64,000 nucleotides of DNA, from IMG/VR virus record IMGVR_UViG_3300033148_003473, positions 1,552-65,551 of that record, one strand, 5' to 3'. How positions within the stretch are numbered: the first letter of the stretch is position 1; each line of letters starts with the position of its first letter. A program made the position numbers and the translations under genes. Positions 1 through 9,402 of the stretch are shown in pieces. The DNA is from a virus (lineage: Duplodnaviria > Caudoviricetes). The notes below the pieces were generated by a model, which searched no databases, was not told where the DNA came from, and worked only from the letters and a program-made list of their open reading frames with translations.

Positions 1-23
1 GAAATACCTGTCGGGGCGCGCCT

Positions 24-392
24 CTAGTTTTTTGCCAGCGTTTCCACGTCCTCGTCGCTAATACCGCTGAGCCGCTGGGCGACATTGAACACGCGCTGCA
101 GTGCCCGGGCCGACTTCTTGCCGAGCGCTTCCACGTCGGCCTTTGAGAACAGCGGCTTGCCGTTCTCGTCCACCACACTCCTGGCTACGAGCTTCGCCCG
201 CAGGTTCTGCGCGTTTATCTTCACGTCACGCCCCTGGCCCTCGGTGATACTGGCCTCGAAGCTGTCGCGTTCGGTGCCGGTCATGCCACGCACATACACT
301 GCGCCCCCCCACTCGGGCACAGATACCAGCTCCTGCTGGATGTCGCTGGCTCCCAGTATGTCCTGCCTGCTCAGTAGTTTTGGTTCAGTCAT
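24..392 (-). CDS. tail assembly chaperone (gpG-like)
   Basis: VPEWGGAVYVRGMTGTERDSFE motif typical of siphovirus TACs; ATG at 392; ends in slippery GCA AAA AAC TAG. Confidence 0.85.
   Translation of the reverse strand: MTEPKLLSRQDILGASDIQQELVSVPEWGGAVYVRGMTGTERDSFEASITEGQGRDVKINAQNLRAKLVARSVVDENGKPLFSKADVEALGKKSARALQRVFNVAQRLSGISDEDVETLAKN
27..33 (-). other. -1 ribosomal frameshift slippery site A AAA AAC
   Basis: X XXY YYZ heptamer directly before the TAC stop; -1 frame stays open (LEARPDRYF) to the window edge. Confidence 0.75.
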
Positions 393-408
393 GCTCAGTT
401 CACCCCAT

Positions 409-1035
409 TCAGGTGTTGAAGGTATAGAGTCGGTCGTCAGTGTCAGGTGTGCTCTCGAAGGAAAGCGTGTCCTCCACGGAGCCGTCAATCACGCTCGCTA
501 TCTCGTCTGCGTTGGCCATAATCCACGTCCGTAGCGTGTAGCTTGATGTGGACGCGGCATAGAATTCCAATAACAGTGGATTGGGCTCGCTGGTAGAGCT
601 CACCACGTCGTAGAAGTAACGGTCGGTATCGTACCACTTGCCGAGCGTGCCGTTGACGCTTTCGAGCGTGCGGATACGCGGTATCGCGTCCACGCCGAAG
701 TAGGGCACGTCGAACAGGTTGGTCACGAGGTTGATATTGACTTCCTTGGCCTTGGCCAGTGTCGAGAGTGTGCGATACTCGCCGGAGGCCTTAAGAGTAC
801 GCGAGGCTGAGGAGGAGAACGTTATCTCGCCCTTCAGCCGGTTAGTGGTATAGCCTGAAACTGTACCGCCCGAGCTGGTGGTAATGGTAATGTTGGCGGT
901 CGGGTCCCATGGTTCGTTCTGGAGGCTACTTGACAGGGTGTAGGTCAGGTTGTCAGAGGTTATCATGGTCTCGCTGGAGAATGCTACCGAGGCGCCCGTG
1001 ACCTTCACGAGTGCCCCTTTACCGGCTAATGCCAC
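409..1035 (-). CDS. tail tube protein paralog with an inserted domain
   Basis: Shares AGKGALVKV and FDVPYFGVDAIPRI with the adjacent tube gene (PGKQAVVQV, IDVTEFGVDNIQRI); position in tail module. Confidence 0.65.
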   Translation of the reverse strand: MALAGKGALVKVTGASVAFSSETMITSDNLTYTLSSSLQNEPWDPTANITITTSSGGTVSGYTTNRLKGEITFSSSASRTLKASGEYRTLSTLAKAKEVNINLVTNLFDVPYFGVDAIPRIRTLESVNGTLGKWYDTDRYFYDVVSSTSEPNPLLLEFYAASTSSYTLRTWIMANADEIASVIDGSVEDTLSFESTPDTDDRLYTFNT

Positions 1036-1050
1036 GGGCTGTCCCTCCTT

Positions 1051-1458
1051 TTAGGCGCTGGAGATACCGGAGCTGGAGGCGTTCTGGAACTCGTAGCTTA
1101 CAGCCACGCGGTCCGGTGGTGACGTGTCAATGTTGATGGTGCTGCACAGGCAGCGGGCCTTGAACCCGGCAGAGCCGGTTGATAGCGGGTAGAACTTGAT
1201 ATAGACCATGCTGCCGTTTTCCTTGGCGGTCTTTATCTTGTTCTGGCCCGCGCCCGTGGTGTAGGAGCCGCTGATGGTGAACGATACGTCCTTCAGGCCC
1301 TCGATTCGCTGGATGTTGTCCACGCCGAACTCCGTCACGTCAATCAGGTTCGTGCCGTCGTTCATGGTGATGGAGTCCATGCCGCCGATATTGGTGCCGC
1401 TGGAACCGTCGGTTGAGGTTGAGACCTGTACTACTGCTTGCTTGCCTGGGTCGGCCAC
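1051..1458 (-). CDS. major tail tube protein
   Basis: IDVTEFG...IEGLKDVSFTISG tube motif; follows tail terminator. Confidence 0.75.
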   Translation of the reverse strand: MADPGKQAVVQVSTSTDGSSGTNIGGMDSITMNDGTNLIDVTEFGVDNIQRIEGLKDVSFTISGSYTTGAGQNKIKTAKENGSMVYIKFYPLSTGSAGFKARCLCSTINIDTSPPDRVAVSYEFQNASSSGISSA

Positions 1459-1564
1459 TAACTGGTCCCTCCTTGTGGTAGACAGATAATCAAACCCGGC
1501 AGGCGGTGGGGTGGGGCCGCTTTTCGGTCACCCGGCGTCCCGGGGCCTAGCCGGGCCATAACTT

Positions 1565-1981
1565 TTACGTGGAAAGTTCCTTCCAGACCTCGTAGTTACA
1601 GCCGATAATCGCACGGTCATTGTCGTCTCTACCCAGTGAAAATGGGCTCTGCTGGGCGTCAATCTTGAGGTAGCGTGTACCGGTTGCAGAAGTGCTGGGA
1701 GTAAGTGTTTGGTTGCTGACGTTATCTAAGAGTCGGTAAATAGTCTCGGCGTTGTCGCGGGCCGTGTCATAGGACTTGGAGCGACACAGCACCTGAATAC
1801 GCGGGGCCTCCCATTCAGGTGTGGTGGAGCCGAACGTGTGTTGGGGTGGTCTGCCGCCGTACTCGCGTACCAGAGTAGCCGTGTCGGGTACGTCGTGCCA
1901 GAACCCGCGAAACAGGTTCGTGCCGCGCACAAAGCCCGTGGACTGGGTGCGGATATACTCGACTATCTCCTGTAAGAGCAT
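1565..1981 (-). CDS. tail terminator / minor capsid-3-like protein
   Basis: GTNLFRG...YGGRPP...PRIQVLCR...AQQSPFSLGRDDNDR; synteny. Confidence 0.75.
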   Translation of the reverse strand: MLLQEIVEYIRTQSTGFVRGTNLFRGFWHDVPDTATLVREYGGRPPQHTFGSTTPEWEAPRIQVLCRSKSYDTARDNAETIYRLLDNVSNQTLTPSTSATGTRYLKIDAQQSPFSLGRDDNDRAIIGCNYEVWKELST

Positions 1982-2523
1982 TAGCCCAGCCCCTCCATGA
2001 GCTGCCTGACCTTCGCGGCCAGCCGCTCGTCAATGTGCTCAAACCACTTGAGTGCCGGGCGTTCGAGGTACTTCTGGCCCTCGATACCGGGGTGTTTCAC
2101 GCGACGGCCAAGTATCACGTAGGCGCCATCCCTCGACAACTTGGGTAGCTCGCGGGCGTTGTAGGGATTGACGGGGCCGTCCCAGTCGCCGACCGGCACC
2201 GCCAGCACCTTCTTTTTCCTGGGTGTGATAATGTACGGATCGGTGCCCTCGTGGACGTACAATGCGTAGGGTGCAGCGGCACCGCCAAAGCCCAGTTCCA
2301 CGTCAATGAACGTGCCGCGTATTTCGGGCTGTTTCACGCGGCCCGAGCTCTTGAGTGCACCCGTATCCACTGGGAAGTCGGGGTCGGCCTTCACGCTCGT
2401 CATGAGCGCCTCGCCCTCCTCGTAGACTGCCTGGGAAACCAGCCGGGGGGCGTGCTGGGCCGCCTCCGCAAACTGGGCCAATACCTCGTTAAGGCCCTCC
2501 ACCTTGTAGTCCAGTACCTTCAT
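1981..2523 (-). CDS. HK97 gp10-like neck/tail completion protein
   Basis: PVDTGALKSS, YALYVHEGT, KYLERP motifs. Confidence 0.8.
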   Translation of the reverse strand: MKVLDYKVEGLNEVLAQFAEAAQHAPRLVSQAVYEEGEALMTSVKADPDFPVDTGALKSSGRVKQPEIRGTFIDVELGFGGAAAPYALYVHEGTDPYIITPRKKKVLAVPVGDWDGPVNPYNARELPKLSRDGAYVILGRRVKHPGIEGQKYLERPALKWFEHIDERLAAKVRQLMEGLG

Positions 2524-2861
2524 GTAATCGCCCGCTTCGAGGTGCCGTAGTACGCCTTGTAATGGTGGGTGCCGGTCTCGTCGGGGAACTTATCGAGCCG
2601 CAGGGCATGAGTGTACGTCGAACCGTTGACCACCAGCTTCATGTTCGGCGACAAATCACCGGTGCAGTTTATCCAGATAACCGTCTGGGCCACCTGTTCG
2701 GTGCCGTTTTCGTCGTACACGAGCGTCTGGCGGTTAACCTCCCGGGCGTGGTAGTCCGTGCCTGAGGTGGACCAAGTAATATTGCCGGTCTCAGTCAGGC
2801 CAGAGGTGGAGTAGACCGTGGCGGTATGAATTAATAATTCATTGAACGCCGCTTCTGCCAA
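2520..2861 (-). CDS. head closure (stopper) protein
   Basis: 113 aa beta-rich protein between adaptor and gp10-like gene. Confidence 0.6.
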   Translation of the reverse strand: MAEAAFNELLIHTATVYSTSGLTETGNITWSTSGTDYHAREVNRQTLVYDENGTEQVAQTVIWINCTGDLSPNMKLVVNGSTYTHALRLDKFPDETGTHHYKAYYGTSKRAIT

Positions 2862-2877
2862 GGGGTGTCACCGCCTC

Positions 2878-3300
2878 TCAGGTGGATGTGGTGTAGCTGC
2901 CGTGCTGGTGTAAATCACGCCGGAACGCCGGTACCACGCGGTTGGTGTCGGCCTCGTAGCTGTCCTTGTCGCTTACAGAGATTCCGCCTGCATAGGGTGT
3001 GAACGCCGAGATAGCGCCCTTGCGTCGGAGTGCCCTTGCTAGTGAGAGATATTCCGCCGACTGGTTACGGTAGGAGATTTTGAGGTCCCCGACCTGCTTG
3101 TTGGCGTAGCTCGAATACTTGCTGGCGAGTGTCTCGCAGGCCACAGCTGCGGCGTAGTAGACGTTGGGGTTGTCACTGACAAGCCAGTCCAGTTCCTCGT
3201 CCTCGAACTCGTAACTGCCAGAGGAGTTGTCGCGAATTAACAGTCGGACCTGGCTCGTGGTATCGCTTGAGAGGCCGGTGGAGTTGTAGGTAAACGTCAC
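2878..3300 (-). CDS. head-tail adaptor
   Basis: VRLLIRD...FEDEEL...YYAAAVACETLASKY...VGDLKISY; GTG start overlaps upstream stop. Confidence 0.75.
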   Translation of the reverse strand: MTFTYNSTGLSSDTTSQVRLLIRDNSSGSYEFEDEELDWLVSDNPNVYYAAAVACETLASKYSSYANKQVGDLKISYRNQSAEYLSLARALRRKGAISAFTPYAGGISVSDKDSYEADTNRVVPAFRRDLHQHGSYTTST

Positions 3301-3671
3301 TCTGCCACCCCCACCCACACGTCCACGTTGGGTAGCGCAGTGGAACCCGTGGACAGCGTAAGTGTGTCGAGTACGGAGCGCACATGGCTGACGGGTTTAC
3401 CGGTGACGAACTTCAACCCGCCGTAGCCCTCGCTGGTCAAGTCCCAGGTCGAGCCCGAGATATCGCCGTAGTTCGTGCCATTGAGCGAGCCCTGTAGGTA
3501 TACCTTGAGCGCCGACACCCGGGCCGTGGAGTAGGTGGCCTGAATGCTAAACGAGCCGTAGGTGCCCCCGAGGTTGTAGCCCGTCGAGGTACCCGTGGAG
3601 GTGGAGTCGGTCATGAACTGGGTCGGGACCGGCAGGCCACGCTTTCGGGTTACCTGCTGGATATTGGTCAA
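3297..3671 (-). CDS. Ser/Thr-rich hypothetical virion protein
   Basis: LQGSLNGTNY motif; 7 ST dipeptides in 124 aa; in head module. Confidence 0.55.
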   Translation of the reverse strand: MTNIQQVTRKRGLPVPTQFMTDSTSTGTSTGYNLGGTYGSFSIQATYSTARVSALKVYLQGSLNGTNYGDISGSTWDLTSEGYGGLKFVTGKPVSHVRSVLDTLTLSTGSTALPNVDVWVGVAE

Positions 3672-3737
3672 GTTGTATCACCCCTTTTCGGGGAAAAGTG
3701 GGACGGGGAGTACCCCACGCTCCCCGTGGGTTCAGGG

Positions 3738-4343
3738 TTACGTGGTGGCAAAGGCCACCGAACCGACGTTGCCGATGATTTGCCAGCGCACCGTTGACTG
3801 CGCCACCAACGTGATTACCTCGTTGGCGGCGTCGAGTGTGGCCTTACGATTCGTGCCATTACCAAAGTAGACCGAGCTGGCCGGAATTACATAGACTGGC
3901 TTGCCCGTTGAAGCGTTCGAAGCCGCAATCACCTTCCACTGGCCAGCACTGGGAACGGGTAGCGTCGCCACCACGCCAGCCGAGGAACCGGTGGTGGTTA
4001 TTACCGACATACCATAGGCGTTGAGCGTGGTGTTGGAGGAGCTGGCGAGTATTTCCACCGGCTCGGTTACGATACCACTGAACGCGGCGGAGCCCGCCAC
4101 GGTCAGTGCCCCGCCGACCGTCACGCCGCCACTGGTCTCGGCGCTCTTGGCCGAGACCTTGCCGTCAGAGTTGATATTGGCCTGCAGTGCCGTGGCGGAG
4201 TCGTAGACGTTAAACGCATACGCCCCAGCCGCGTCACCGAGCTTCAGGTCAAAACCCGAGGAGCCGTCGAAGGTGATATTGGCAGAGCGCACGTCGAGAC
4301 CGTAGGGGGCCAGCAGGCAACGGTGAATCTTTTCATAGCCCAA
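3738..4343 (-). CDS. putative head fibre/decoration protein
   Basis: A/G/S/T-rich, TLPVPSAGQ...TLDAANEVITLV..WQII C-terminal fibre-like motif. Confidence 0.5.
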   Translation of the reverse strand: MGYEKIHRCLLAPYGLDVRSANITFDGSSGFDLKLGDAAGAYAFNVYDSATALQANINSDGKVSAKSAETSGGVTVGGALTVAGSAAFSGIVTEPVEILASSSNTTLNAYGMSVITTTGSSAGVVATLPVPSAGQWKVIAASNASTGKPVYVIPASSVYFGNGTNRKATLDAANEVITLVAQSTVRWQIIGNVGSVAFATT

Positions 4344-4344
4344 G

Positions 4345-4746
4345 TCAGTTCACCTCGTTTCTGTGCTTGAATTCCTGCCAGATTGGGCATTTACCGAGGT
4401 GTCCACCGAGTGCCTGTGGAGTGTCGAACTTGCGCCCGCACATACAGTAGTACACCTCGGGGGGTTGCTTTTCGACTTTACCCAGCTCGACCAGGGCCTC
4501 CAGGTTGCGCCGGGGGACCTGGCGGGGGCTGAGCCGGGTACCGGGTGTGATTTGTTTACCGTTTACAGTCAGTGATTCCGTGGCCACGTACCTCGGGTAA
4601 CGGTGCTGGCGGGGTACGATATGCCCGTGGGCTATCATGGTCTGGATTGGGCGCTCGTCCACGATACAGCCGGGCACCGGGGCACCGGGTGTAAAGGCGT
4701 GGCCACCCCAGTTGAACCCACGCCGCACCACGTATCTGTGTGTCAT
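4345..4746 (-). CDS. hypothetical protein with C-terminal zinc finger
   Basis: CMCGRKFDTPQALGGHLGKC; directly downstream of capsid gene. Confidence 0.6.
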   Translation of the reverse strand: MTHRYVVRRGFNWGGHAFTPGAPVPGCIVDERPIQTMIAHGHIVPRQHRYPRYVATESLTVNGKQITPGTRLSPRQVPRRNLEALVELGKVEKQPPEVYYCMCGRKFDTPQALGGHLGKCPIWQEFKHRNEVN

Positions 4747-4818
4747 GGCAAAACCTCCTTAACGGGCATAAAAATACCCCGGCCCGGGGTTCTGCCCTGG
4801 TTACTATGTGTGGTCAGT

Positions 4819-5781
4819 CTAGCTCACTACGCTGGTGAAGTAGGCGGCGAGGTCAGCACCGACTACCTTCACATCAAAGGCCAGTTCGGCCTCGTAGCGT
4901 TCGGCCTTCAGTTCGTCCATGCGGAAGCTGTCAACACCGATACCGTAGGCGTTGGCGCCTGCGTAACCCGTCCAGATGAAGTTGTAGAGTGCTGACGGGG
5001 TACGTAGTCCCGGGTTCGGGGCCACGTGTCCGAGCCAGGCATTCTTGCCCCAGAAGAACGAGTAAGAACCAGTGGCGCCCTCCTCGGCGGTGTTGCGTGT
5101 CGCGAACGGGATAACAAAGCGGTCCACGTCGAACACGGCGGCTATGAGGTCGGGGGTGACTATACCGCGCTGGGTATACTTGATGCGGTCAAGAATGTCG
5201 GGGTGGTCGGCCAGCTTGGCGAAGACCTCGGGACCCACCACCATGAGGTTAGGTTTGCGCCCGGTGACCTCGCGGATATTGAAGGCCTGCGTGCGCACGT
5301 CCTCAATCGGCGTACTTGTTGCGTCGTCCCACTTCGTGCTGACACTGATATCGGCACCCGTGGTCGAGCCGGTCCAGGTCGAGGCCTGGAACACCGTGGA
5401 GGCCACCTGGGACTCGCGGGCAATCAGCATCTGCTCGGTGACGAAGTTTACAGCGTCGGTCGTGGCATCGAGCGGGTTGTCGGTATTGGCCGCCGTCTGG
5501 TCGTCGAGGTCCTTGTGTACCGCCCAGACCTCGCACTCGTAGGTGGCCCACTCAATACCGTAGCCCGAGCCAGCGGACTCGGTACCGGGTGCCCGACGGC
5601 GGGCGCTGTTCTGCATCCAGTAGGACTTGGTGTAGGTCGGGTACTTGTCGGACTGCTTCTGGACTGGTACACGGGGGGCTATGGAGTCAGCGGCGAAGTT
5701 ATCGGCCTGCTGGATATAGGCTATCGACAGGTTGGTCAGCGGCTGGTCAACATGGACTTCAGTGCGTTTGGGCTGTGCCAT
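4819..5781 (-). CDS. major capsid protein
   Basis: HVDQPLTNLSIAY, PRVPVQKQSDKY, TGRKPNLMVVG, HPDILDRIKYT, WGKNAWL. Confidence 0.9.
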   Translation of the reverse strand: MAQPKRTEVHVDQPLTNLSIAYIQQADNFAADSIAPRVPVQKQSDKYPTYTKSYWMQNSARRRAPGTESAGSGYGIEWATYECEVWAVHKDLDDQTAANTDNPLDATTDAVNFVTEQMLIARESQVASTVFQASTWTGSTTGADISVSTKWDDATSTPIEDVRTQAFNIREVTGRKPNLMVVGPEVFAKLADHPDILDRIKYTQRGIVTPDLIAAVFDVDRFVIPFATRNTAEEGATGSYSFFWGKNAWLGHVAPNPGLRTPSALYNFIWTGYAGANAYGIGVDSFRMDELKAERYEAELAFDVKVVGADLAAYFTSVVS

Positions 5782-5804
5782 TTAGGCTAGTTCACTCCTT
5801 TCGA

Positions 5805-6194
5805 TTAGCCGACATCAAGGGCCTTAATCAGGCCGGTAAGAATGCGTCCAGTGGAGCCCGTGGAGGTTGGACCGTCAATACACCAGCCGTTGCGGAACTC
5901 GGTGGAGGTCGCCACGGTGAACACGCCGTCAGTGGTGCAGGTGATTTCCGAACCCTGCACGACCGACCCGTCGGTGTAAATCTTGCTGACACCGGTGACG
6001 ACAATCTCGCCAACCTCGCCCTGGCCGGGCTCGTTCTGCAGGACGCCCAGAATCGGCTGTTCCTCGTCAGAGGCCAGTGCGAAGTAACCGCGTGTCGAGG
6101 CGGAGACCACCACGCCGTAGTACTGCTTGCCGGTCATGGTGGACCCAGCACGCAGTGTGCCAATCTTGAAACCAGACTGTTCGTAGGCGCTCAT
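5805..6194 (-). CDS. capsid decoration/cement protein (DUF2190-like)
   Basis: ILGVLQNEPGQGE...GVSKI; upstream of MCP. Confidence 0.7.
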   Translation of the reverse strand: MSAYEQSGFKIGTLRAGSTMTGKQYYGVVVSASTRGYFALASDEEQPILGVLQNEPGQGEVGEIVVTGVSKIYTDGSVVQGSEITCTTDGVFTVATSTEFRNGWCIDGPTSTGSTGRILTGLIKALDVG

Positions 6195-6199
6195 TCAAT

Positions 6200-7201
6200 T
6201 CACCTCGCGTTCGTGCGGAGCTCGTTGTAGAGCTCGGGGTTTTCGCGCAGGACCACGGCATAGGCCTGCTCGTAGGTCAGGTCGGAGTGTTCCTTCTGGT
6301 GGGCCTTGGCCAGCTGCTCCAGCTTGCCCTCGGGGCTGTCCGCGTCGGGTTCACCGGCCTTACCCAGCGCCTCGAAGGCCCTGCTCTGCTCGGCGAACTC
6401 CTGCGCGGATTTCAGCAGCTGCTCCAGGTACGTAAAGTCCTCCTCGGAAAGCGTTTCAGCCGCCCGCTTGAGCACCGGCCCAAGCTCGTCGGCCTTGGCA
6501 ATCGCGGCGTACTTCGACTTGGCCACGTCCACGAACTTGCTGATTTTGGCGTCGTCCTCGAGCTTCTGAATTCGCTCGTCGCGCTTCTGGAGCTCCTCGT
6601 CGCGCTTTTCGAGTTCCTCACGCAGGGCGTCAAGGTCGGCCTTGGACACGGTCTCCTCAGGGGTTTTGGTCTGTACGGGGTCGGCCACTTCGTTAACCTC
6701 CTTCTTGTCAACCGGCGCGGGGGTGGGTGGATCCTCGTTTACCCAGTCTCCGTTGAGCCAGTCGCGCAGTTTTTGCAGCAGTGTCTTCTCCTGGTCATTC
6801 ACAACAGTCTCACTCCTTTTCTCGCTGACCTCGACCCCGGCTGTTCGGGCAGCGGCCACGAGCTTGCGCCGTGCTTTCGCTCGCTGTTCCTCGGTGAGGT
6901 CGGCCTGTGGCAGGCGGGCCAGCGCGTTACGTAGGTGGGGTATATCTATCTCGCCGGAAGCGTCCTTGTAGGGGAGCTTGCGAAGCTTGCGTGGCGTGGT
7001 CTTGCCGTTCTCGTCCTTCTCACCACCCGGCAGGATAATCGCAAATGAACTATCGGGGAGGTCATTTACGAAGGCGGTGGTCCATTCGGCCTTATCAACA
7101 TTGGTGTCGCGCTTGAACAGCATGATTTTGGCCAGCGGGTTGGCGGGTTGGTCAACCAGTGAGGCCTCCTCGACCTCAAGGTCAACCAGTTCAGTGGTCA
7201 T
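6200..7201 (-). CDS. capsid scaffold protein with N-terminal protease-type SLVDxPAN segment
   Basis: N-term EASLVDQPANPLA; NDLPDSSFA/HLRNALARLPQ domain; coiled coil; C-term YEQAY..NPELY. Confidence 0.7.
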   Translation of the reverse strand: MTTELVDLEVEEASLVDQPANPLAKIMLFKRDTNVDKAEWTTAFVNDLPDSSFAIILPGGEKDENGKTTPRKLRKLPYKDASGEIDIPHLRNALARLPQADLTEEQRAKARRKLVAAARTAGVEVSEKRSETVVNDQEKTLLQKLRDWLNGDWVNEDPPTPAPVDKKEVNEVADPVQTKTPEETVSKADLDALREELEKRDEELQKRDERIQKLEDDAKISKFVDVAKSKYAAIAKADELGPVLKRAAETLSEEDFTYLEQLLKSAQEFAEQSRAFEALGKAGEPDADSPEGKLEQLAKAHQKEHSDLTYEQAYAVVLRENPELYNELRTNAR

Positions 7202-7776
7202 GTTTCAATGGCTACCTCCTTTCGCCGACCAGAACCGCCGATGGAAAACGCGGTGTACTCGCCGGACTTGACTTTCTGCCATACCTCGATGTCGGCTATG
7301 TGATAACCCACCCACCAGCCAACGGGTACGGTGTTCGGCGGTATGCCCAGCGCCTGCTGTTTCTCGACGGTGAACACCATCGATTCGACTAGCCGCCCAA
7401 CACCACGCTTTTTGTGCATTTCTGCGCCCTCGCGGAAGTAGAGCACGTGGTTGTAGGCGGCCCGTTCGAGCTCGGCGGGGGAGATAATGTCTTCCTGCTT
7501 GTCAACGACCCTGTTCCCAGCCGCGTCCTCGCTGACACTGAGCCAGCCGAACACGAGCTGCTGGTCGTCGTCGCGCTTGATAATGCCGACCTCACGGCTC
7601 CAGGCCTGTTTCTTCACAGCTGCGTTGGCCTGCCGGATAGCTGAGGCCTCGCAGTCCGACCCGCCCTCCTGTTGGCACCGGGCTAAAGCGGCGTTAGCCA
7701 CGGCCACCCACTGGCGTTTCTGCTCGTCGCTGAGGCCCTGGTTGTGCTCATCCACGTCGTCAACCGCCCATGGCAT
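7198..7776 (-). CDS. XkdF-like prohead serine protease with N-terminal ChaB-like domain
   Basis: QLVFGWLS, DKQEDII, EMH, LVESMV, GWWVGY, VWQKVKSGEYTAFSIGG; N-term MPW...KRQWVAVANA...AIRQANAAVK. Confidence 0.8.
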   Translation of the reverse strand: MPWAVDDVDEHNQGLSDEQKRQWVAVANAALARCQQEGGSDCEASAIRQANAAVKKQAWSREVGIIKRDDDQQLVFGWLSVSEDAAGNRVVDKQEDIISPAELERAAYNHVLYFREGAEMHKKRGVGRLVESMVFTVEKQQALGIPPNTVPVGWWVGYHIADIEVWQKVKSGEYTAFSIGGSGRRKEVAIET

Positions 7777-7878
7777 TTAGACACCTCCTCAAACACAAAA
7801 GCGGCCCCCGGCACGGTTTCCCGTACTGAGGGCCGCTAGTGGGCGCTGTGAATATGTGGTTGTCGGGTTATCTATATA

Positions 7879-8238
7879 TTAGCAGTAATTTTCCCAAGCG
7901 TGCTTCACGTTGTCGGCTACCTGCTCTGCAAAATCCCTGACTGGTTCATAAGTCTCCTCAAAGATGTCCGGCTTGCAGGGATAGAACTCGCCCTGCACAC
8001 CTTGGATAATCCAGTCGCCCGGACAGACGATGTGTCCGCCCTCCAGGGTGTCGACCCACCCGTGGTCGTGCATCGGCTCACCGCACTTCTCACAAAGACG
8101 GTCGCCGTCATCGCCAGGCCGTCGGTAGTATCGGACGAGCTCACCCTCGGTATCCTTGTCCCCGTCGAGTGGATGGTCACCGTTCTTGAACCACTGGTGT
8201 GCCTCAACCACGACTGGCTTCTTGCGGAACTTAGCCAC
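7879..8238 (-). CDS. conserved phage protein (PGDWII / YPCKPDIF family)
   Basis: KFRKKPVVVEA...TLEG...PGDWIIQGVQGEFYPCKPDIFEETY. Confidence 0.8.
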   Translation of the reverse strand: MAKFRKKPVVVEAHQWFKNGDHPLDGDKDTEGELVRYYRRPGDDGDRLCEKCGEPMHDHGWVDTLEGGHIVCPGDWIIQGVQGEFYPCKPDIFEETYEPVRDFAEQVADNVKHAWENYC

Positions 8239-8257
8239 TCACGCCACCCCCCCCCTT

Positions 8258-8467
8258 TCACATTAACCCCGTACTACCCCACGCCAGCACTAGCGGTACA
8301 AACTGGCGCGTCTCTCGAATCTCGTGCATGTATTCACATTCACCCGTTGACGAATACACCCAGCGTCGCTTACATTTCGTGCAGTAGAGCTCCAGGCCCT
8401 TGACGGGCTTTACCACCCGGGCCAGGAGCCGATTACATGCGCAGCGTACCTCGATTTCATCAGGCAT
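8258..8467 (-). CDS. Mu Com-like zinc finger protein
   Basis: EVRCACNRLLA...LYCTKCKR. Confidence 0.65.
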   Translation of the reverse strand: MPDEIEVRCACNRLLARVVKPVKGLELYCTKCKRRWVYSSTGECEYMHEIRETRQFVPLVLAWGSTGLM

Positions 8468-9398
8468 TGAAAATCAACCCCACTGTGCAACGGCATGACG
8501 GATGGAGCGTCGGGAACATGACCTCGCCGAACTGGTCTGAATGAAACGGTTCAGTCAATCCCACCTCCTGGCCGTCCATGGCCGCACAGTAGATACAGCG
8601 CCTGTCGTCGGGTGTGGTAATCCAGACTCGGCGGGTCCGGGTCGGGTCGAGTATACCCCTGTTGGCGAGGTCCTCCCAGCTCGCCTGCAAACCGGCGTTG
8701 GCGGCGTTCAGTGTTTCTGTACGGGCCACATTTCGCGCCCGATAGGTAAGTAGTCGTTCACGGTAGCCCGAGGCCATACGGTCCACGTAAAGCGGGTTAA
8801 AGCCCTCTTCCAGGAGCCCCTGCCGGTAGCTGTCAACGGCCAAGGCGTGCTGTTCGGTGAGCCCCACAACCTCGCGGATACGCCGTGCCTGTTCGTAGGG
8901 GTGGCCCCCCTGGTCAATGGCCCGGCTGACGATACGACGTACAGCCTGTCTTGTCTCGTCAGTGACCCGTGTAATAAGTCTTGCGCCCTGCTGTTCGGCG
9001 TAGCGTACAGCGTAGGGATTGTCGATATTGAACGATAACCCTACCCCTAATTGCCGGGTGGTACGTATGGCTGCCGTCAGTGACGTATCACGGATAACCT
9101 CGCGTAGTGTGCCCATGATAGCGCCCAATTCAGCTGTCAGTACCCCACTGGCTACAGCTTCAACTACCTGCTGTATGGCCTGCTCTTTCGTCACTGCCCC
9201 GGCGAGTATGGCGCGTACCTGTTCTACGTTTACGTCCTGATTGAGCTGGCGCAAGGCCCGTAGCACGTCCTCCTCGACCCGGGCCACACGGCTATCAGCG
9301 GCTCGATGCACGTACAACCATTCAGTATCGTCTATGGGTACGTCGGTGGGCTCGAAACGGTCCTGTTTGTGTACTGGTGCGCGGAAGACGAAGCGCAT
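8460..9398 (-). CDS. minor head protein (MuF / SPP1 gp7 family)
   Basis: RARNVARTET, WITTPDDRRCIYC, PTLHPSCRC. Confidence 0.9.
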   Translation of the reverse strand: MRFVFRAPVHKQDRFEPTDVPIDDTEWLYVHRAADSRVARVEEDVLRALRQLNQDVNVEQVRAILAGAVTKEQAIQQVVEAVASGVLTAELGAIMGTLREVIRDTSLTAAIRTTRQLGVGLSFNIDNPYAVRYAEQQGARLITRVTDETRQAVRRIVSRAIDQGGHPYEQARRIREVVGLTEQHALAVDSYRQGLLEEGFNPLYVDRMASGYRERLLTYRARNVARTETLNAANAGLQASWEDLANRGILDPTRTRRVWITTPDDRRCIYCAAMDGQEVGLTEPFHSDQFGEVMFPTLHPSCRCTVGLIFNA

Positions 9399-9402
9399 GG
9401 GG

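Noticed and set aside
5026-6934. Plus-strand ORFs of 213-254 aa over capsid genes
   Set aside because: Shadow frames with no independent signals
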